A DNA stretch of 64,000 bases from Auanema rhodensis. Taxonomy: Eukaryota; Animalia; Nematoda. This document shows, piece after piece, positions 55,001 through 64,000 of the stretch (positions are counted from its first letter, which is position 1; the number at the start of each line of letters is the position of its first letter). Position numbers and translations under genes: made by a program. The notes under the pieces are model-generated. The model saw nothing but the letters and a program-made list of their open reading frames with translations, was not told where the DNA came from and did not search any database. Location: positions 20,088,001 through 20,152,000 of the forward strand of contig OZ059897.1 of the NCBI GenBank assembly GCA_964057225.1, read 5' to 3'.

Positions 55001-58000
55001 TTGCTTCCAAAAACATTTTGACAAAAATTTTTTCGAAAAATTTCAAAATAATTTAGCAAAAAGTAGATGTTTTTAGATTTCTTTTTTTCAAGGCAAAGAC
55101 GATGGACAATGTTATTCAACGAAAAAATTATTTCTTCAGGGTGAAAATCGAGGATATAAGTGTGAACTTATATCAGTTGATATATCGGTGCATTTTTAAG
55201 CTAGCGCAAATCTGATAACACAGATCGACGCAGCTTAAAAATCCGCATCGAATGCACTCAACTACATTAAGAAACGCTCAATACAAAAATTAGTTATGAT
55301 CGTTTGAAAAATGATGCATTAGTGTATGTTGAGTTTCCATGTACACTCAACATTGCTTCCAAAAACATTTTGACAAAAATTTTTTCGAAAAATTTCAAAA
55401 TAATTTAGCAAAAAGTAGATGTTTTTAGATTCCTTTTTTCAAGGCAAAGACGATGGACAATGTTATTCAACGAAAAAATTATTTCTTCAGGGTGAAAATC
55501 GAGGATATAAGTGTGAACTTATATCAGTTGATATCTCGGTGCATTTTTAAGCTAGCGCAAATCTGATAACACAGATCGACGCAGCTTAAAAATCCGCATC
55601 GAATGCACTATACTACATTGAGAAACGCTTAATACAAAAATTAGTTATGATCGTTTGAAAAATGATGCATTAGTGTATGTTGAGTTTCCATGTACACTCA
55701 ACATTGCTTCCAAAAACATTTTGACAAAAATTTTTTCGAAAAATTTCAAAATAATTTAGCAAAAAGTAGATGTTTTTAGATTCCTTTTTTCAAGGCAAAG
55801 ACGATGGACAATGTTATTTAACGAAAAAATTAATTCTTCAGGGTGAAAATCGAGGATATAAGTGTGAACTTATATCAGTTGATATCTCGGTACATTTTTA
55901 AGCTAGCGCAAATCTGATAACACAGATCGACGCAGCTTAAAAATCCGCATCGAATGCACTATACTACATGGAAGAACGCTTAATACAAAAATTAGTTATG
56001 ATCGTTTGAAAAATGATGCATTAGTGTATGTTGAGTTTCCATGTACACTCAACATTGCTTCCAAAAACATTTTGACAAAAATTTTTTCGAAAAATTTCAA
56101 AATAATTTAGCAAAAAGTAGATGTTTTTAGATTCCTTTTTTCAAGGCGAAGACGATGGACAATGTTATCCAACGAAAAAATTAATTCTTCAGGGTGAAAA
56201 TCGAGGATATAAGTGTGAACTTATATCAGTTGATATCTCGGTACATTTTTAAGCTAGCGCAAATCTGATAACACAGATCGACGCAGCTTAAAAATCCGCA
56301 TCGAATGCACTATACTACATGGAAGAACGCTTAATACAAAAATTAGTTATGATCGTTTGAAAAATGATGCATTAGTGTATGTTGAGTTTCCATGTACACT
56401 CAACATTGCTTCCAAAAACATTTTGACAAAAATTTTTTCGAAAAATTTCAAAATAATTTAGCAAAAAGTAGATGTTTTTAGATTCCTTTTTTCAAGGCAA
56501 AGACGATGGACAATGTTATTCATCGAAAAAATTATATCTTCAGGGTGAAAATCGAGGATATAAGTGTGAACTTATATCAGTTGATATATCGGTGCATTTT
56601 TAAGCTAGCGCAAATCTGATAACACAGATCGACGCAGCTTAAAAATCCGCATCGAATGCACTATACTACATTAAGAAACGCTTAATACAAAAATTAGTTA
56701 TGATCGTTTGAAAAATGATGCATTAGTGTATGTTGAGTTTCCATGTACACTCAACATTGCTTCCAAAAACATTTTGACAAAAATTTTTTCGAAAAATTTC
56801 AAAATAATTTAGCAAAAAGTAAATGTTTTTAGATTCCTTTTTTCAAGGCGAAGACGATGGACAATGTTATCCAACGAAAAAATTAATTCTTCAGGGTGAA
56901 AATCGAGGATATAAGTGTGAACTTATATCAGTTGATATCTCGGTACATTTTTAAGCTAGCGCAAATCTGATAACACAGATCGACGCAGCTTAAAAATCCG
57001 CATCGAATGCACTATACTACATTAAGAAACGCTTAATACAAAAATTAGTTATGATTGTTTGAAAAATGATGCATTAGTGTATGTTGAGTTTCCATGTACA
57101 CTCAACATTGCTTCCAAAAACATTTTGACAAAAATTTTTTCGAAAAATTTCAAAATAATTTAGCAAAAAGTAGATGTTTTTAGATTCCTTTTTTTAAGGC
57201 GAAGACGATGGACAATGTTATCCAACGAAAAAATTAATTCTTCAGGGTGAAAATCGAGGATATAAGTGTGAACTTATATCAGTTGATATCTCGGTACATT
57301 TTTAAGCTAGCGCAAATCTGATAACACAGATCGACGCAGCTTAAAAATCCGCATCGAATGCACTATACTACATGGAAGAACGCTTAATACAAAAATTAGT
57401 TATGATCGTTTGAAAAATGATGCATTAGTGTATGTTGAGTTTCCATGTACACTCAACATTGCTTCCAAAAACATTTTGACAAAAATTTTTTCGAAAAATT
57501 TCAAAATAATTTAGCAAAAAGTAGATGTTTTTAGATTCCTTTTTTCAAGGCGAAGACGATGGACAATGTTATCCAACGAAAAAATTAATTCTTCAGGGTG
57601 AAAATCGAGGATATAAGTGTGAACTTATATCAGTTGATATCTCGGTACATTTTTAAGCTAGCGCAAATCTGATAACACAGATCGACGCAGCTTAAAAATC
57701 CGCATCGAATGCACTATACTACATGGAAGAACGCTTAATACAAAAATTAGTTATGATTGTTTGAAAAATGATGCATTAGTGTATGTTGAGTTTCCATGTA
57801 CACTCAACATTGCTTCCAAAAACATTTTGACAAAAATTTTTTCGAAAAATTTCAAAATAATTTAGCAAAAAGTAGATGTTTTTAGATTCCTTTTTTTAAG
57901 GCGAAGACGATGGACAATGTTATTCAACGAAAAAATTATTTCTTCAGGGTGAAAATCGAGGATATAAGTGTGAACTTATATCAGTTGATATCTCGGTACA
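49077..58000. repeat. Higher-order 13-mer duplication, period 4564 bp
   Basis: TTCGAAAT G at 49077 and 53641. ATCCAAC, CATCG+TATATCT, CACTCAAC, AATCAATT, the 352-bp monomer, CGCTCAAT, GTAAATG and GATTGTT recur in order. 4564 = 13x351+1. End approximate. Confidence 0.9.
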
Positions 58001-61000
58001 TTTTTAAGCTAGCGCAAATCTGTTAACACAGATCGACGCAGCTTAAAAATCCGCATCGAATGCACTATACTACATGGAAGAACGCTTAATACAAAAATTA
58101 GTTATGATCGTTTGAAAAATGATGCATTAGTGTATGTTGAGTTTCCATGTACACTCAACATTGCTTCCAAAAACATTTTGACAAAAATTTTTTCGAAAAA
58201 TTTCAAAATAATTTAGCAAAAAGTAGATGTTTTTAGATTCCTTTTTTCAAGGCAAAGACGATGGACAATGTTATTCATCGAAAAAAATATATCTTCAGGG
58301 TGAAAATCGAGGATATAAGTGTGAACTTATATCAGTTGATATATCGGTGCATTTTTAAGCTAGCGCAAATCTGATAACACAGATCGACGCAGCTTAAAAA
58401 TCCGCATCGAATGCACTATACTACATTAAGAAACGCTTAATACAAAAATTAGTTATGATCGTTTGAAAAATGATGCATTAGTGTATGTTGAGTTTCCATG
58501 TACACTCAACATTGCTTCCAAAAACATTTTGACAAAAATTTTTTCGAAAAATTTCAAAATAATTTAGCAAAAAGTAGATGTTTTTAGATTCCTTTTTTCA
58601 AGGCAAAGACGATGGACAATGTTATTCAACGAAAAAATTATTTCTTCAGGGTGAAAATCGAGGATATAAGTGTGAACTTATATCAGTTGATATCTCGGTA
58701 CATTTTTAAGCTAGCGCAAATCTGATAACACAGATCGACGCAGCTTAAAAATCCGCATCGAATGCACTATACTACATGGAAGAACGCTTAATACAAAAAT
58801 TAGTTATGATCGTTTGAAAAATGATGCATTAGTGTATGTTGAGTTTCCATGTACACTCAACATTGCTTCCAAAAACATTTTGACAAAAATTTTTTCGAAA
58901 AATTTCAAAATAATTTAGCAAAAAGTAGATGTTTTTAGATTCCTTTTTTCAAGGCGAAGACGATGGACAATGTTATTCAACGAAAAAATTAATTCTTCAG
59001 GGTGAAAATCGAGGATATAAGTGTGAACTTATATCAGTTGATATATCGGTGCATTTTTAAGCTAGCGCAAATCTGATAACACAGATCGACGCAGCTTAAA
59101 AATCCGCATCGAATGCACTATACTACATTAAGAAACGCTTAATACAAAAATTAGTTATGATCGTTTGAAAAATGATGCATTAGTGTATGTTGAGTTTCCA
59201 TGTACACTCAACATTGCTTCCAAAAACATTTTGACAAAAATTTTTTCGAAAAATTTCAAAATAATTTAGCAAAAAGTAGATGTTTTTAGATTCCTTTTTT
59301 CAAGGCAAAGACGATGGACAATGTTATTCAACGAAAAAATTATTTCTTCAGGGTGAAAATCGAGGATATAAGTGTGAACTTATATCAGTTGATATCTCGG
59401 TACATTTTTAAGCTAGCGCAAATCTGATAACACAGATCGACGCAGCTTAAAAATCCGCATCGAATGCACTATACTACATGGAAGAACGCTTAATACAAAA
59501 ATTAGTTATGATCGTTTGAAAAATGATGCATTAGTGTATGTTGAGTTTCCATGTACACTCAACATTGCTTCCAAAAACATTTTGACAAAAATTTTTTCGA
59601 AAAATTTCAAAATAATTTAGCAAAAAGTAGATGTTTTTAGATTCCTTTTTTCAAGGCAAAGACGATGGACAATGTTATTCAACGAAAAAATTATTTCTTC
59701 AGGGTGAAAATCGAGGATATAAGTGTGAACTTATATCAGTTGATATCTCGGTACATTTTTAAGCTAGCGCAAATCTGATAACACAGATCGACGCAGCTCA
59801 AAAATCCGTACGAATGCACTATACTATATTGAGAAACGCTTAATACAAAAATTAGTTATGATCGTTTGAAAAATGATGCATTAGTGTATGTTGAGTTTCC
59901 ATGTACACTCAACATTGCTTCCAAAAACATTTTGACAAAAATTTTTTCGAAAAATTTCAAAATAATTTAGCAAAAAGTAGATGTTTTTAGATTTCTTTTT
60001 TTCAAGGCAAAGACGATGGACAATGTTATTCAACGAAAAAATTATTTCTTCAGGGTGAAAATCGAGGATATAAGTGTAAACTTATATCAGTTGATATCTC
60101 GGTGCATTTTTAAGCTAGCGCAAATCTGATAACACAGATCGACGCAGCTTAAAAATCCGCATCGAATGCACTATACTACATTGAGAAACGCTTAATACAA
60201 AAATTAGTTATGATCGTTTGAAAAATGATGCATTAGTGTATGTTGAGTTTCCATGTACACTCAACATTGCTTCCAAAAACATTTTGACAAAAATTTTTTC
60301 GAAAAATTTCAAAATAATTTAGCAAAAAGTAGATGTTTTTAGATTCCTTTTTTCAAGGCAAAGACGATGGACGATGTTATTCAACGAAAAAATTAATTCT
60401 TCAGGGTGAAAATCGAGGATATAAGTGTGAACTTATATCAGTTGATATCTCGGTGCATTTTTAAGCTAGCGCAAATCTGATAACACAGATCGACGCAACT
60501 CAAAAATCCGTACGAATGCACTTTACTATATTGAGAAACGCTTAATACAAAAATTAGTTATGATCGTTTGAAAAATGATGCATTAGTGTATGTTGAGTTT
60601 CCATGTACACTCAACATTGCTTCCAAAAACATTTTGACAAAAATTTTTTCGAAAAATTTCAGAATAATTTAGCAAAAAGTAGATGTTTTTAGATTCCTTT
60701 TTTCAAGGCAAAGACGATGGACAATGTTATTTAACGAAAAAATTAATTCTTCAGGGTGAAAATCGAGGATATAAGTGTAAACTTATATCAGTTGATATCT
60801 CGGTGCATTTTTAAGCTAGCGCAAATCTGATAACACAGATCGACGCAGCTTAAAAATCCGCATCGAATGCACTATACTACATTGAGAAACGCTTAATACA
60901 AAAATTAGTTATGATCGTTTGAAAAATGATGCATTAGTGTATGTTGAGTTTCCATGTACACTCAACATTGCTTCCAAAAACATTTTGACAAAAATTTTTT

Positions 61001-64000
61001 CGAAAAATTTCAAAATAATTTAGCAAAAAGTAGATGTTTTTAGATTTCTTTTTTTCAAGGCAAAGACGATGGACAATGTTATTCAACGAAAAAATTATTT
61101 CTTCAGGGTGAAAATCGAGGATATAAGTGTGAACTTATATCAGTTGATATATCGGTGCATTTTTAAGCTAGCGCAAATCTGATAACACAGATCGACGCAG
61201 CTTAAAAATCCGCATCGAATGCACTATACTACATGGAAGAACGCTTAATACAAAAATTAGTTATGATCGTTTGAAAAATGATGCATTAGTGTATGTTGAG
61301 TTTCCATGTACACTCAACATTGCTTCCAAAAACATTTTGACAAAAATTTTTTCGAAAAATTTCAAAATAATTTAGCAAAAAGTAAATGTTTTTAGATTTC
61401 TTTTTTCAAGGCAAAGACGATGGACAATGTTATTCAACGAAAAAATTATTTCTTCAGGGTGAAAATCGAGGATATAAGTGTGAACTTATATCAGTTGATA
61501 TCTCGGTACATTTTTAAGCTAGCGCAAATCTGATAACACAGATCGACGCAGCTTAAAAATCCGCATCGAATGCACTATACTACATGGAAGAACGCTTAAT
61601 ACAAAAATTAGTTATGATCGTTTGAAAAATGATGCATTAGTGTATGTTGAGTTTCCATGTACACTCAACATTGCTTCCAAAAACATTTTGACAAAAATTT
61701 TTTCGAAAAATTTCAAAATAATTTAGCAAAAAGTAGATGTTTTTAGATTCCTTTTTTCAAGGCAAAGACGATGGACAATGTTATTCAACGAAAAAATTAT
61801 TTCTTCAGGGTGAAAATCGAGGATATAAGTGTGAACTTATATCAGTTGATATCTCGGTACATTTTTAAGCTAGCGCAAATCTGATAACACAGATCGACGC
61901 AGCTTAAAAATCCGCATCGAATGCACTATACTACATGGAAGAACGCTTAATACAAAAATTAGTTATGATCGTTTGAAAAATGATGCATTAGTGTATGTTG
62001 AGTTTCCATGTACACTCAACATTGCTTCCAAAAACATTTTGACAAAAATTTTTTCGAAAAATTTCAAAATAATTTAGCAAAAAGTAGATGTTTTTAGATT
62101 CCTTTTTTCAAGGCGAAGACGATGGACAATGTTATCCAACGAAAAAATTAATTCTTCAGGGTGAAAATCGAGGATATAAGTGTGAACTTATATCAGTTGA
62201 TATCTCGGTACATTTTTAAGCTAGCGCAAATCTGATAACACAGATCGACGCAGCTTAAAAATCCGCATCGAATGCACTATACTACATTAAGAAACGCTTA
62301 ATACAAAAATTAGTTATGATTGTTTGAAAAATGATGCATTAGTGTATGTTGAGTTTCCATGTACACTCAACATTGCTTCCAAAAACATTTTGACAAAAAT
62401 TTTTTCGAAAAATTTCAAAATAATTTAGCAAAAAGTAGATGTTTTTAGATTCCTTTTTTCAAGGCGAAGACGATGGACAATGTTATTCAACGAAAAAATT
62501 ATTTCTTCAGGGTGAAAATCGAGGATATAAGTGTGAACTTATATCAGTTGATATCTCGGTACATTTTTAAGCTAGCGCAAATCTGATAACACAGATCGAC
62601 GCAGCTTAAAAATCCGCATCGAATGCACTATACTACATGGAAGAACGCTTAATACAAAAATTAGTTATGATCGTTTGAAAAATGATGCATTAGTGTATGT
62701 TGAGTTTCCATGTACACTCAACATTGCTTCCAAAAACATTTTGACAAAAATTTTTTCGAAAAATTTCAAAATAATTTAGCAAAAAGTAGATGTTTTTAGA
62801 TTCCTTTTTTCAAGGCAAAGACGATGGACAATGTTATTCATCGAAAAAAATATATCTTCAGGGTGAAAATCGAGGATATAAGTGTGAACTTATATCAGTT
62901 GATATATCGGTGCATTTTTAAGCTAGCGCAAATCTGATAACACAGATCGACGCAGCTTAAAAATCCGCATCGAATGCACTATACTACATTAAGAAACGCT
63001 TAATACAAAAATTAGTTATGATCGTTTGAAAAATGATGCATTAGTGTATGTTGAGTTTCCATGTACACTCAACATTGCTTCCAAAAACATTTTGACAAAA
63101 ATTTTTTCGAAAAATTTCAAAATAATTTAGCAAAAAGTAGATGTTTTTAGATTCCTTTTTTCAAGGCAAAGACGATGGACAATGTTATTCAACGAAAAAA
63201 TTATTTCTTCAGGGTGAAAATCGAGGATATAAGTGTGAACTTATATCAGTTGATATCTCGGTACATTTTTAAGCTAGCGCAAATCTGATAACACAGATCG
63301 ACGCAGCTTAAAAATCCGCATCGAATGCACTATACTACATGGAAGAACGCTTAATACAAAAATTAGTTATGATCGTTTGAAAAATGATGCATTAGTGTAT
63401 GTTGAGTTTCCATGTACACTCAACATTGCTTCCAAAAACATTTTGACAAAAATTTTTTCGAAAAATTTCAAAATAATTTAGCAAAAAGTAGATGTTTTTA
63501 GATTCCTTTTTTCAAGGCAAAGACGATGGACAATGTTATTCAACGAAAAAATTATTTCTTCAGGGTGAAAATCGAGGATATAAGTGTGAACTTATATCAG
63601 TTGATATCTCGGTACATTTTTAAGCTAGCGCAAATCTGATAACACAGATCGACGCAGCTTAAAAATCCGCATCGAATGCACTATACTACATGGAAGAACG
63701 CTTAATACAAAAATTAGTTATGATCGTTTGAAAAATGATGCATTAGTGTATGTTGAGTTTCCATGTACACTCAACATTGCTTCCAAAAACATTTTGACAA
63801 AAATTTTTTCGAAAAATTTCAAAATAATTTAGCAAGAAGTAGATGTTTTTAGATTCCTTTTTTCAAGGCGAAGACGATGGACAATGTTATTCAACGAAAA
63901 AATTAATTCTTCAGGGTGAAAATCGAGGATATAAGTGTGAACTTATATCAGTTGATATCTCGGTACATTTTTAAGCTAGCGCAAATCTGATAACACAGAT

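Larger units (their letters stand above)
1..64000. repeat. Tandem satellite DNA array, 351-bp monomer, 182 full copies + 131-bp partial; continues beyond both window ends
   Basis: AAAGACGATGGACAATG recurs at 1, 352, 703, 1054 ... 63870. By eye 18 monomers are 350 bp and 5 are 352 bp, which reproduces the start of the last unit exactly (182x351-18+5+1=63870). Monomers differ by only a few substitutions; single orientation; no non-repeat sequence seen. Confidence 0.99.

Noticed and set aside
1-64000. CRISPR array or repeat-spacer system
   Set aside because: No variable spacers; the entire 351-bp unit repeats; no cas genes.

Overview
The whole 64-kb window is one uninterrupted, head-to-tail tandem array of an AT-rich 351-bp monomer (about 31% GC, hand count of monomer 1). 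I count 182 complete monomers plus a 131-bp partial one, all in the same orientation. It looks like eukaryotic satellite DNA, plausibly centromeric or pericentromeric, but I do not recognise the family or host. I see no genes, RNA genes, transposon insertions or CRISPR spacers; the single listed ORF is produced by one stop-removing SNP in one monomer. The interesting signal is at two scales. (1) Each monomer is packed with inverted repeats: a 9-bp stem with a GNRA-type loop (the commonest polymorphism toggles GTAA/GTGA), a ~67-nt long hairpin, a second 9-bp stem whose loop looks invariant and is complementary to the linked alleles of one haplotype, and an A-tract palindrome. (2) Diagnostic SNPs show nested block duplications (2-, 6-, 7-, 13- and ~20-mer), two haplotype domains meeting near 30-31 kb, an island of right-domain monomers near the left end, and many chimeric monomers. 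Any functional (RNA or cruciform) interpretation is inference only. All variant calls were made by eye.
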